DNA of 63,441 bases, counting the filler, from Chiloscyllium plagiosum (taxonomy: Eukaryota), in the NCBI RefSeq assembly GCF_004010195.1. It is 3 parts of one record of this genome, joined end to end, with 100 filler letters (N's around TTAATTAATTAA, not from the genome) between each part and the next. Parts side by side here need not be neighbours in the genome. Positions count along the whole stretch, not along the records: positions 1 to 31,197 come from NC_057713.1; 2 more parts are not named here. One strand, 5' to 3'. Positions within the stretch are counted from its first letter, which is position 1, and every line of letters starts with the position of its first letter. The position numbers and the translations under genes are program-made. The notes below the pieces were generated by a model. The model ran no database searches. It saw nothing but the letters and a program-made list of their open reading frames with translations, and was not told the DNA's origin. Shown here piece by piece: positions 12,100 through 24,559 of this stretch.

Positions 12100-14400
12100 T
12101 TGTTAGAGATTAAAGGTGTCCCAAAATGTTTTGCTGGGAAGAAGATACAAGAAGGGTTGCACCTAAACAGAGTTGGAATGGAGTTCCTTGTGAAGCATTT
12201 TGATAGTGCCAATCTAAGTTGGCAGTGTTGCAGGAACCAAAACAAAATAGTAGAGGATAATACAAAGGCTTGAAAAATACTTAGGGATACAACTGGCACT
12301 AGCATAGAGAATAGTAAGGTAATAGGTGAAGTTGGAGTAGGGGAGAAAGAAAGGAAGTCCAAACATGGTAAATGTACATGTGTGTAAATGCTTGGAGTAT
12401 ATCAATAAGGTTGGGATGTTACCGATATAGATTTCAATGTGGAATATTATATTGTAGTACTGATGGAGACCTGGCTCAAGGAAGGGCAAGACTGGATGTT
12501 AAATCTTCCTGGGTATAAGTTGTTCAGGGAAGATAGAAAAAGAAAGAAAGGAGGATGGACAGAAGTATTGACTAAGAAGGACATTACAGTGCTGGAGAAT
12601 TAGGATGTCTAAGAGGGTTCACGGACAGAATCCATCTGGCTAGAGATATGGAATAAAAGAGTAATTACATTGTTCAGTTTAGTCTATAGAACACCAACTA
12701 GTTGAAAAGATGTAGAGGAACAAGCCTGTAGGGAAATTACAGAGAAATATCAACATCACAGAGTAGTTATAAAGTTGGGCTTCAATTACCCAAACATAGA
12801 TGGGTAGTGTAAGGGACAGTGAGGGGTAAGTGTTCTCAGAGGATGTGTGGGAGGGTTTTCTACAGCAGGATGCTGTTAGTCCGAAAGCGAAGGATACATT
12901 TTTTGGACCTGGTCCTTGAAATGAGATGGGCCAAGTGAATCAAGTATCAGTGGAGGAACATTTAAGAGACAGCGGTCATCATATCATAAGGCCAGGATGT
13001 TGTTGCAGCATGACGTACAACAGTCCAGAGGAAGAAAAATCAATTTGTGGAGGGCTGACTTTAATGGGGTAATAACATGGCTGAGAGGATTGATTATAAT
13101 AAGAGGCTGGTGGGAAAAACAGTAATTGAACAATGGGCCACCTTTAAGGAGCAGATGTATTCAGGGTGTATTCCCCGAAATGGAAAAGACAGGACAAACA
13201 AATCCAGAAATCTCTGGATGACAAAGGAGATAGAACTTAACCTTAGAAAGAAAGTGTGCTTTTGACAGATATAAGGCAGAAAATACAATTGAGAACCAAT
13301 GCAAATAACAAAGGTTTAGTGGGAGAGATGAAAAGCAAATAACAGAAGCAAAGAGGAACTATGAGAAAGGACTAGCAGCTGACATAAAAGGGAATACCAA
13401 AGTCTTCGATAGGCATATAGGGAGTGGTTAAAGGAAGAATGAGACCGATTAGAGACCAAAAAGGAGATTTGTTCATGGAGGAGCAGATCATGGTTGAGGT
13501 GTTACATGAATACTTTGTTTTACAGAAGTGAAGGATGCTGCCGAGGCCGTGGTGACCGAGGCAGAAACTCACTAGAAGGGTTCAACATTAATCAGGAAGT
13601 ACTCTTGGATAGATTGTTGGCAAGGCAATAGGAACCAGACAAGTTACATCCAAGGATTTTTTAAAACGTGAGGGTAGAAATTGAGGGGACACTGACCACA
13701 ATCTTTTGTCTTCCCTGGACTCAGAAGTGTTGCCAAAATACTGGAGAATCGTGAACATTCCAGGCTTGTTCAAAAAAGACTGTCAGGATAATCCCAGCAA
13801 TCACAGACCAATCAATTTAATTTCAGTAGTGGGGAACATCTAGAAATAATTATTTGAGAATAGAATTAATAGTGACATGGAAAGAAGTAGGAAGATTCAG
13901 CATGGAATCTGAAGGTGAAATTGTGTTTAACTAACTTTCTGGAGTTTTTTTTTAAAGTTAACACAAAGACTTGATGAGGGTAACACTGTTTATGTGGTAT
14001 ACACAGATCTCCAGAAGACATTTGATACAGTGCCATGCAATAGATCTGACAGGCAAGTATTGTTCATGATATAAAAAGGGACAGTAGCAACATGGATACA
14101 AAGTTGGCTAAATGATAGGAAACAGAATGGTTTATGGCTGTTTATTGGGCTGGAGGAAGGTTTGTAGTGGAGTTCCCCAGGGGTCAGTATTGGGATGTTT
14201 ACTTCTCCTGATATATATTAATGATCTAGATCTTGGTGTGGAAGGGAAATTTCCAAATTTTCCGATGACACAAAACTTGAAAGAAATTTAAACTGTAAGG
14301 AAGACATTGATAGTTGGTGGAATGAGGGACAGATAACTGCTGCAGAGAAGTACGAGGTGAAGTACTTTGGTCAGAAGAGCACCAAAAGACTATAAAGTAG
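12100..14400 (+). mobile_element. Old degenerate CR1 LINE (end of ORF1, APE endonuclease, RT)
   Basis: Remnants of CLNARSI, ETWLKEG, SGVPQGSVLG and KFSDDTKL, with many stops and frameshifts. Confidence 0.8.
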
Positions 14401-15256
14401 AGGTAGTCCGTGACAAGGAGATAGGTGAAACAACTCATCCGTCAGATGTCAAGTGCTTATAGCACTTCATGACCAAGCAGGACAAAGGTAATGGAAAAGA
14501 TGTCTCCATTCAGCAGACAGCAGAACTGCTGGCACAGGATGGCTAATATTGATGACTACTGTTGCAATTGTGAGAGGTTATTGTGAGAGGGCAATCCAGT
14601 AACTCAGTGCTTAGCACTGCTGCCTCACAGTGCTAGGGACCGGGATAGATTCCAGCCTCAGATAACTGTATGTGTGGAGTTTGCACATTCTTCCTGTGTC
14701 TGCATGGGGTTTCCTCTGGGTGCTCCAGTTTCTTCCCAGAGTCCAAAGATGTGCAGCTTAAGTGGACTAAATTACCCATAGTGTCCAGGGAAGTACAGGC
14801 TAGGTGGATTAGCCATGGATTACAGGGATAGGGAGGGTGAGGGGGGATGTCTAAGTGGGAAGGGATGGTTTGGACTAGATAGGCTGAATGGCCTGCTTCT
14901 GTAATGTCGGGATTCTATGCATATTTTGGCCAAATCAGTGTAGCAACTTCACTGTTAGCACATGATCCCTGGTTTCCATGAGCCTGCAAGTGGTCATTTC
15001 AATGCATGTTACATTCCTTGACTCCAGTAGTAACAGAACTGAACACGTTTCTGTACTCATGGATGTATACAAGTTCATGCAGGCCATTCCCACCCATGAC
15101 CAAAAGGCCTTAACTATAGCCAGAGTGTTAGTGCACAATTGGCTTGTCTGTTTTAGTGTTCTATATTGGATGCACAGTGATCAGGGACTCAACTTTGAAG
15201 ACAAGATCCTACAGGAGCTCTGCAAGGCCTATGGCATTATCAACCTCAGAAAATAG
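14400..15256 (+). mobile_element. Ty3/Gypsy integrase remnant, interrupted by a SINE
   Basis: ORF 14978-15256: VLMDVYKFMQAIPTHDQKALTIARVL...HSDQGLNFEDKILQELCKAYGI (rve core). Upstream DYCCNCER resembles the integrase zinc finger. Confidence 0.8.
14589..14919 (+). mobile_element. HE1/V-SINE-type SINE
   Basis: ttagcactgctgcctcacag...gtgtggagtttgcacattc...gattctatg. Confidence 0.85.
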
Positions 15257-15966
15257 TATAATGAAGTGTTGCTTGAAGTCAGAAGTCTATTGGATGATGG
15301 GAGGCAAGCAGCATTGTTGCAGAAGCTGAAATGTTGGTGCAAGATGACTCAGGTAGAGTCAGCAATACAGAATCCTGTGTATGTAATCCTGTGTGGATAG
15401 GCCTACTGCTACCATGAAAAACAGCCAGGGAAAGACCTATAGGATGCAGGAAGTGAAGCAAAAGTGCCTCCAGTCAGACAATTCCTGGAATCCTAAGTGA
15501 CATAACGCCCAACATAGGATCCCTTGGAAGATACTATTACAAATAAGAGGCTGAGAACATCTCAAGAAAATGCTGGATATCAACGCATCCCTTACCAGCT
15601 TTTAAAAATTCATTCATGGAACAAGGGCAGCATTTATTGTCCATCCCTAGTTGCCTAGATGAGAAGTGATAAGCTGTCATCTGAAACCACTGTAGTCCAT
15701 ATGTTATGGATAAACCCACAACCCTATTAGGGAGGGAAATTCAAGATTTGGCCAAGAGACACTGAAGAAATGACAATATATTTCTAAGTCTAGATGGTGA
15801 GTAGCTTCAAAGGGTACTTGAAGGAGGTAATGTTCCCACGTATCTGCTGCCTTTGGTCTTTTAGATGGTAGTGATCGGGAGTTTGGAAAATGAAAGGAGT
15901 CTTGATGAATTTTGCAGAGCATTTTATAGACCGTTGCAGACACACTGCTGCTATAGATTGTTGAAT

Positions 15967-16314
15967 CATAGAATCCCTACAGTGCAGAAGCAGGGTGTTT
16001 GGCGCAAGTCCATACTGACCCTTTGAAAAACATCCTACCCAGACACACCCCCTCAAGCCTATCCCTGTAACCCCATTTCCTATGGTTAACCCTCCTAGCC
16101 TCCAAATCCCTAGACAATATGGGGCAATTTAGCATGTCCAATCCACCTAATCTGCATATCTTTTGGACTGTGGGAGAAAACCAAAGCTCCCAGAGGATAT
16201 CCATGCAGACACAGGAGAATGTGTAAACTCCACACAGACAGTTGCCCACACAGACAGTTGGAATTGATGCCGTGTCCCTGGCACTCTGAGGCAACAGTGC
16301 TAACCACTGAGCCA
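15967..16314 (-). mobile_element. HE1/V-SINE-type SINE inserted in a family B LINE 3' end (about 15600-16580, -)
   Basis: Same consensus as 14589-14919, reverse orientation. Confidence 0.85.
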
Positions 16315-17169
16315 ACGGTGGAGAGAGTGAATGCTTGTGCATCAAGCAGGTGGCTTTGTCCTGGATGGTGTCAAGCTTCTTGAGTGTTGTTGGAGTTATA
16401 CCTATCTAGGCAAGTGAGAAGTATTCCATGACACTCCTGACTTGTGCCTTGCAGATGGTGGACAGGCTTTAGGGAGTCAGGAAGTAAATTACTCGTTGTG
16501 TGATTTCTAAACTCTGACCCATTCTTGTAGCCACTGTATTTAAGTTGCTAGTCCAGTACAGTTTCTGGTCAATGGTAACCACCTGAACCTTCTCACTCTC
16601 TCTCCTCTTTGCTTAAAATGAAATCTACAGCAATGTCAGGAAATTGGTTATAGCTGGATTTAGGTGGAATCTGTGCATACTGAATGTTCTTTCTTCTCCA
16701 CAGGACCTATTCTTAAACCTTGCAGCTCTAAAGAAAGTATTTATTCCGTTATCATTATCATATTCCTTCCTGCTCCCATATTTCAGTAGTTCAGCAGTTT
16801 GTCCATGCTCCCTGCAGTGTTCAGTCTTATCCATACAAATTGAAAGCACTTTGTATGTATTGGATAAGATCAAAGAATGAAGCTTCTCTTTCAGTACATC
16901 CTAGATACCCATATCTGCCTCACTTATTGTTACATTATCCAACTCTCGATTACTGACCAAATTTAAATTACTCCCTAATATAAAGGATGCAATTGTCACC
17001 TGAATCAAATTGTGCTGATAATTCTTCCTCACAGAGGCATTATGATGTCTGCAGTTTGGATTAAATCTGAAACTAGTAAAACAATTATTGTTTATCCCTC
17101 GTTGTTCCCAAGGATATTAAGAAATAACCAGTGACTCAAATCACATCTTGGCCCAACAGTCAGGCAGAT

Positions 17170-18220
17170 TGTTTTCTTTGAGAAAGTAATGAACAATATA
17201 CAGAAAGGGGAACTGGTGGTCGTACTGTACTTAGTTTTCCAGAATGAATTTAACAAGGACTAATCAAAAGTTAAGACGCAAAATAAGAACTAATGGTTTT
17301 GAGTGCGACATATCGGCACAGAGGAAGGATTGGTTAGCTGATAGGAAGCAGAGGGTGAGGGTGAGGTGACAAGTGAAATGCCACAGGGAGGGGTGCATCC
17401 TCAATTATTTGCAATGTGTATAAATGACTTGGATGAAGGGACCAAATGCATTGTTCTACATTTGCTGAAGATAAAAAATAGTTAAGTTGTGAACAGGGCA
17501 TAAGGAGTTGACAAAGGGATATAAACAGGTTAAATGACGGGGCACAAGTTTGGTCGATAGAGTATCATGTGGCAAATTGCGATTTGTCCATTTTGGCAGA
17601 AAGAATAGAAAAGCAGAATACTGTTAGAATAGGGAGAGATTATAAAACTCTGTGGTAGAGAGTGATATGAATATCTTCATACGTGTATCACAAGATGTTA
17701 GTATACTGGTATAGCAAATCTTTAAGAAGACATGTTGCAATTTATTACAACAGGGAATACAAAAATGGAAATATATGCTATAGTTGCATAGAGTGTTGTT
17801 GAGGCTATGTATAGCTGGGTTAGAAACAGTTCAGAGAAGGTTCACTTGATTGATACTTGAGATAAAGGAGGTCATTATCTTTTGAGAAAATATGGTTCAG
17901 GCTGGGCCTAAATCCATTAGAATTTAGAAGAAAATAAAGGGTGATCTTATTGAAATAGATAAGATTCTGAGGAGACTTGACAAGGTGGATGCAGAAACAT
18001 GTTTCATCAGAACTATGGGACATAGTTATAAAAATAAAGGATCTACCATTTAAGTTGAAGATGAGGAGGACATTTTTCTTTCAGAGTATGTTGAGTCTTT
18101 GCAACTCTCTTCCCCACAGACCAGTGGAGGCAGGTTCATTGAATAAGTTTTAGGCAGAGATAGATTTTTATCTAACAAGGGGATCAAAGGTGATGAGGAG
18201 TAAGTGGGAATGTAAAGTTG
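17170..18220 (+). mobile_element. Degenerate CR1 LINE RT fragment
   Basis: Remnants of INDLDEG..FAED and GDLIE. Confidence 0.7.
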
Positions 18221-18482
18221 AGGCATGTAGTGATGGACGGGACTAGGCCAGAGATACTGAGGACAACCAGGAAGGGAATAGCAAGAGCTAAAATAAGAGA
18301 CAAGAATAATGATTGCTAGGCAGTGCATGTCTCAGTCTTCGAGAGGCACAATTTCAGAAATATATTTTTAAAATATAAACCAGATGATAAAATATGCCTC
18401 ACTATTCTGGATTAATCAAGGGAGAAGTTACCCTGGATACTTTTCTAGCCATTTCCCAGTGATGGCGTGCTGGAACCAATTA

Positions 18483-18818
18483 CAGAATCCCTACAGTGTG
18501 GAAATAGGCCCTTCAGCCCTACAAGTCCACACCAACCTTCCAAATAGCATCCCACCCAAATCCATCCCCCATTACTTTACATTTATCCCTGACCAATGCA
18601 ACCAACCTAGACATCCCTGAACACCATGGACAATCCAACATGGCCAATTAACCTAACCTGCACATCTCTGGATTGTGGGAGGAAACCGGAGCACCAGGAG
18701 GAAACCCATGCAGACACGGGAACAACGTGCAAACTCCACACAGTCAGTCACCAAGGCTGAAATCGAACCCAGGTTCACTGATGCTGTGAGGCAGGAGTGT
18801 TAACCACTGAGCCGCCAT
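18483..18818 (-). mobile_element. HE1/V-SINE-type SINE
   Basis: Same consensus, reverse orientation. Confidence 0.85.
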
Positions 18819-19296
18819 GATTGTGATCCACCTAGATTTAAAACAAACTCACTGATTGTGCTCAGAAATAAATAATGTCAACCTGAGCACAAAGTGAGAT
18901 TGATACGTAATGAACCAATCTCCAGCAAATTGTCAGAGAGGAGAAAAAAGTTATATTTTAACCAAGTATTACATCTGACATGAAACATTAAGTATGTTTC
19001 TCTCTCCACAGATGGTGTCAGGCCTGCTGAGATTTTTTTCTAGTACTTTCTGTTTATGTCAAAGTTACAACACCTGCAATTTTTAACTTTTGTTTTAGCA
19101 TTTAATTCACTGTGACTTCACTTCCAGGAATGACTACCATGAAAAAGTTCTGCTTTTTCTTGTCAATAGGATTTCTATTTGTCTCTTTCACTTTACACAT
19201 CTTCATTACTTTCTATTTTCCTCCTCATGTTTGAGAAGAAGAAATTTAGCAGTATGATTTTAAATAGTGCCCTTTTTTTCCCCCTTTTTGATACAG

Positions 19297-19409
19297 AGTT
19301 TGATATTTGGTACAATGAGTCTTTTCTCATTTCTGAAGATGTTCAGAATTCAGTACAAAAAGATAACATTCGACCAGGGTTGATCCCAGAATCCAGAATG
19401 CTGTCTTTG
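19297..19409 (+). CDS. KIF9: KIF9 internal coding exon
   Basis: Polypyrimidine tract plus atacag|AG, donor TTG|gtaagt. Encodes EFDIWYNESFLISEDVQ...IRPGLIPESRMLSL (KIF9 EFDIWYNESF motif). Confidence 0.95.
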
Positions 19410-19957
19410 GTAAGTTTCTTAGGATTGCTTGGACCATATATGTATGCTGCATCCCCCTACTCTTGTTAGTTTGGCCTGACAAGTAACTTTGCCATTCAGA
19501 CCATCAAATCAGTTATGGTAGTCCTCCCTTCCTGAGTTCCTATATCTTGCTTGCTTCCTGTAGCCTTCAATTCTCAATGTATTCTAATCCCCCTCTCATG
19601 CTCACACCTCATACCCCTTATTATGCCTTCTAATTTAGTCCCACTCATAATCTACATTCCTGTAATATTCTACCTTGTTCAATATAGGTAGCCATCATTT
19701 AAGGTTGTGGCTATGTTCTTGAAATTGGTGACTTTAAGTGAATAATGGTTTCCCACAGGAATCAGTGCTAAAGTCAGAGTTAGGATCCTATCGCTTGGAA
19801 AAAAATAGGGCACAGATTGAAATACCCTACAGTACATGTGCAGTACTATGTATTTCTAGCGGAAGTAAGTTGCAAAATAAAATGAATCTCTAAATATAAA
19901 GGAAGTAATCCATACAGTGCAATATACAATTATTTTTAAAGATTTCTAACCAATACA

Positions 19958-20194
19958 GTGTACAAAATTAAAAATCACACAACACCAGGTTATAGTCCAA
20001 CAGGTTTAATTGGAAGCACACTAGCTTTTGGAGCGCCGCTCCTTCATCAGGTGGTTGAATGACAACCACTTGATGAAGGAGCGGCACCCTGAAAGCTAGT
20101 GTGCTTCCAATTAAACCTGTTTGACTATAACCTGGTGTTGTGTGATTTTTAACTTTGTACACCCCAGTCCAACACCAGCATCTCCAAATCATGA
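19958..20194. mobile_element. PLE-derived fold-back element with two degenerate hammerhead motifs on opposite strands
   Basis: Arms of about 100 bp centred near 20060, plus a tail of about 30 bp. Same sequence as the termini of the PLE at 46392-48554. Confidence 0.85.
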
Positions 20195-20615
20195 ATAGTG
20201 TCCAGTATAAATGCTTTTAGATTGACCAAGGTCCACCTAGTGGCAGATATTGGTCAGTGCAGGTAATCACTTGGCCACAGGCATCTGCACTGATTGAACA
20301 GAATGAGAAGCAGATGGCAACTGAAAAACTCACAGAGGTCTAAGCTAAGGGGCAGGGGCTGGCCTGTAAACCAGGACAAGAGCAAGGCTGCAAATCAGGC
20401 TGGGGGATAGGGCAAAGTGGAAGGAGAAGTTAAAATCCCCAATGGCCACATTGCACACTGGAGACTTTAAAGGTAAAAATGGAGAGTAGGAATGGGAATG
20501 GGAGTGAGTAAAGGGACTTCAGGACTTAGGCTGGAACTGGACGCTCTGGGGAAATGGTTCTATGTACCTTGCAGGAGGTCTGTGGCAAAGGATGTTAAAG
20601 GGAAGCTCAGAACTC

Positions 20616-20900
20616 GGCACGGTGGCTAGCACTGCTGCCTCACAGCGCCAGAGACCTGGGTTCAATTCCTGCCTCAGGCAACTCTCTGTGTGGAGTTTGC
20701 ACATTCTCCCTGTGTCTGCGTGGGTTTCCTCCCATAATCCAAAAATCTGCAGGTTAGGTGAATTGGCCATGCTAAATTGCCCGTAGTGTTAGGTGGAGGG
20801 GTAAATGTTGGGAAATGGGTCTGGGTGGGTTGCGCTTCGGCGGGTTGGTGTGGACTTGTTGGGCCGAAGAGCCTGTTTCCACACTGTCAGTAATCTAATC
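20616..20900 (+). mobile_element. HE1/V-SINE-type SINE
   Basis: ggcacggtggc..agcactgctgcctcacagcgccag..gggttcaattcc (B box). Confidence 0.85.
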
Positions 20901-21029
20901 AAATTAAATGAATGTATTGGCACTGCTTTATTCACAACATTAAGTGAGTTGACTTTATGTTGATTGCCTGTATCACTCTTGTGTACTCCCGATATCTTTA
21001 TTACATCCATTTTATTCTACTTTACCCAA

Positions 21030-22436
21030 CACTGGAGATACTGAAGGAATATTTTGCATCAATATTTACTGTGGAAAAGTATATGGAAGATATAGACTGT
21101 AGGGAAATAGATGGTGACATCTTGCAAAATGTCCAGATTACAAAGGAGGAAGTGCTGGATGTCTTGAAACGCATAAAAGTGGAGTACACCTGATCAGGTG
21201 TATCCGAGAACTCTGTGGGAAGCTAGAGAAGTGATTGCTGGGCCTCTTGCTGAGATATTTGTATCATTGATAGTCACAGGTGAAGTGCCGGAAGACTGGA
21301 GGTTGGCAAACGTGGTGCCACTGTTTAAGAAGGGCGGTAAAGACAAGCCAGGGAACTATAGACCAGTGAACCTGACCTCGGTGGTGGGCAAGTTGTTGGA
21401 GGGAATCCTGAGGGACAGGATGTACATGTATTTGGAAAGGNNNNNNNNNNNNNNNNNNNNNNNNNNNNNNNNNNNNNNNNNNNNNNNNNNNNNNNNNNNN
21501 NNNNNNNNNNNNNNNNNNNNNNNNNNNNNNNNNNNNNNNNNNNNNNNNNNNNNNNNNNNNNNNNNNNNNNNNNNNNNNNNNNNNNNNNNNNNNNNNNNNN
21601 NNNNNNNNNNNNNNNNNNNNNNNNNNNNNNNNNNNNNNNNNNNNNNNNNNNNNNNNNNNNNNNNNNNNNNNNNNNNNNNNNNNNNNNNNNNNNNNNNNNN
21701 NNNNNNNNNNNNNNNNNNNNNNNNNNNNNNNNNNNNNNNNNNNNNNNNNNNNNNNNNNNNNNNNNNNNNNNNNNNNNNNNNNNNNNNNNNNNNNNNNNNN
21801 NNNNNNNNNNNNNNNNNNNNNNNNNNNNNNNNNNNNNNNNNNNNNNNNNNNNNNNNNNNNNNNNNNNNNNNNNNNNNNNNNNNNNNNNNNNNNNNNNNNN
21901 NNNNNNNNNNNNNNNNNNNNNNNNNNNNNNNNNNNNNNNNNNNNNNNNNNNNNNNNNNNNNNNNNNNNNNNNNNNNNNNNNNNNNNNNNNNNNNNNNNNN
22001 NNNNNNNNNNNNNNNNNNNNNNNNNNNNNNNNNNNNNNNNNNNNNNNNNNNNNNNNNNNNNNNNNNNNNNNNNNNNNNNNNNNNNNNGCATGGATAGGAT
22101 AAATAGACAAAGTCTTTTCCCTAGGGTTGGGGAGTCCAGAACTAGAGGGCATAGGTTTAGGGTGAGAGGGGAAAGATATAAAAGAGACCTAATGGGCAAC
22201 TTTTCCACGCAGAGGGTGGTACGTATATAGAATGAGCTGCCAGAGGATGTGGTGGAGGCTGATACAATTGCAACATTTAAGAGGCATTTGGATGGGTATA
22301 TGAATAGGAAGGGTTTGGAGGGATATGGGCCAGGTGCTGGCTGGTGGGACTAGATTGGGTTGGGATATCTGGTCGGCATGGTGGGGTTGGACCGAAGGGT
22401 CTGTTTCCATGCTGTACATCTCTATGACTCTATGAC
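21030..22436 (+). mobile_element. CR1 LINE (with gap)
   Basis: VPEDWRLANVVPLFKKG..PGNYRPV; ctatgactctatgac tail. Confidence 0.9.
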
Positions 22437-23602
22437 TTGCTCACTTCCCATATTCTTTAATATTTTTTCAGTCTAATTTCACTGTTATTGTTCTTTCCTG
22501 TAATCTTTAATATCCTAACTAGTCTGTTATCCTCTTTCTACTCATTCCCCACATCCTTGAGTGTTGCATGAGGATGGAATACTTGGTGAGCTGCAGATAT
22601 TGTGAGGTATTTTTCTGATAGGTCCAGACAATTTCACCTGCAACAATTGTAAACCAATCATTAAAGTGGTCAGGCTTAGCTAGCAACAGACCAAAAATCA
22701 CATTACAAGTACAGGAAAAGAGAGGGGAGATTTCCAAGTTCTAAAGCAAAGAGGGTTGGTCATTTAGAAAGAGGGCTATATATTTTAGTCAGGAATTGGG
22801 GGAGGAGCAGTTGTCATTAACGTTTCTGTCCCTTGAGAAAAGATGACTTGGGTAGTCAAGAGGATAGAATAGTCTGTGCACCAGGACAATCCAGCAGCCT
22901 GTCAGAAATGAAGGGAAAAGAGAGAACTGGTATTAGGGGTTTACAGATAAATTACTGTGCAAACCGAAACCAGAATAATCAGTGCATGTCACTTTCTGAG
23001 TGTAAGGCCAAGGATTTGACATCCAGCTTGTCAGAATAGTATGGACAGCAGGTGAGGAACCAATTATTGTTGTCCATATGGGAAGAAATAATATCAGTAG
23101 AAGCAGACAAGGGATATTGGGAAGGAACTTTAAAAAGTATTCTTCAAATGTAACCACTTCTGAAATATTATCCATGATAGTAAAAAGAGACAACAGGAGA
23201 GTGATTTGATTCTTAAGGTTTTGATTTAATAAATCAGGAGTTTGATCCCTCATGCACTGAAATGCTGTTTAGAATAAGTGGAATTTATACATATAAGACT
23301 GGAGCCACTTAAACAAAAGGCAAGGGGAGAGGGATTAACTAACTGGAGAGAATGAATGGTGGGTGAGCATTTAAATGTGGGGATTAATTACAGCAAGCAA
23401 AAGCGAACAGAATGGAGCATACTCTAAGATGTACCAGTATAAATAAAAATCAATGTTTAATTATTCTGAATCTGATACTGAGAGTAAACAAAGGAAAGTG
23501 TTTATAAAACAAATGGGAAATGTAATAAAAAATTATATTTGACTCACAATAAAATTACCATCACCCAGACAAAAAGTATTTCTCTTCCTTCCATCCACCC
23601 AG

Positions 23603-23707
23603 GATGAAGATGATAAGGAGAAGTTCCAACGTATCCAGAATGATATCCTGATGAAAAATCCAGGTTCAGCTGCATTTTACAGGGCACAAATGAAGCTGAA
23701 ACAGAGG
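23603..23707 (+). CDS. KIF9: KIF9 penultimate coding exon
   Basis: Acceptor tctcttccttccatccacccag|GAT, donor AGG|gtaggt, 105 nt, phase 0/0. Encodes DEDDKEKFQRIQNDILMKNPGSAAFYRAQMKLKQR (cf. human GEDDQDKFSQLQQ...SFYNAKVK). Not in the ORF track; found by reading. Confidence 0.92.
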
Positions 23708-24336
23708 GTAGGTGAATTCCAGGTCAGACGATGGAATGAGACTCAGACTGTGTGGGGATTACTAAGATGAAAACTAAAACTTCATATTGGTGGGGTGACA
23801 GAGAGAAACAATGAGTTCTTTATTTTGGTCAGAATGTGGCTGACCAACACAAGTTCAAGGACTAAGTACGTGAAAATGACAACGTGGGCTTTTGCAGATT
23901 GGTCATATCCCACCTGATCTCTACATTGAACCCGAACAGCAATAGCATTGAGACTTTGCATTTCTCCCCACCTAAATGCTCTTTGCGTCAGCCAAATACT
24001 CACCAAATTTTGAGATGCAGTCTCCAGGCGTAAGTTAGATTGGATGTGCAGGTTGATGTAAATTATGTCCAGATAGTTTTATGTTCCTCATTTAGGTTCT
24101 CATTTTTAACTTGCACTCAACACTTCCATGCCCATTCCAAACAGTCAGCTTCCATAGATCATGGACATCAGAAAGTGTCCCCAGTTGTCAGTATCAATGT
24201 CTACTATCTTACTATTTATCTTACAGCCAAGATACCCAAGCAGTTGTGACTCATTTGCCAATTTATGATATAAATGTGGATATATAGAAGTCATGCATTC
24301 GATGAAGGTGTCTGAGCCAGCATAGATGTCATTGGC

Positions 24337-24540
24337 AGATGTGGGTACTGCAGATGCTGAAGAATTAGAGTCAAGATTAGAGTGGTGCTGGAAAAGCACA
24401 GCAGGTCAAGCAGCATCCGAGGAGCAGGAAAATCAACGCTTCAGGCAAAAGCCCTTCGTCAGGAATGAGGCCTCGATTTTCCTGCTCCTCGGATGCTGCC
24501 TGACCTGCTGTGCTATCCAGCACCAGTTTCTAATCTTGAC
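24337..24540. mobile_element. PLE-derived fold-back element
   Basis: Arms gtcaagattag..gcaggaaaatc / gattttcctgc..ctaatcttgac. Direct repeat atagatgtcattggc at 24322-24336 and 24541-24555. Degenerate hammerhead at 24435-24462 (-). Confidence 0.85.
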
Positions 24541-24559
24541 ATAGATGTCATTGGCTTTA

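Noticed and set aside
14589..14660. tRNA genes at SINE heads
   Set aside because: They continue into SINE bodies, with no complete cloverleaf.
19958..20194. Fold-back elements as DNA-transposon MITEs, microRNA genes or CRISPR-like repeats
   Set aside because: Sequence matches PLE termini, TSDs are long and variable, and there is no repeat-spacer array.
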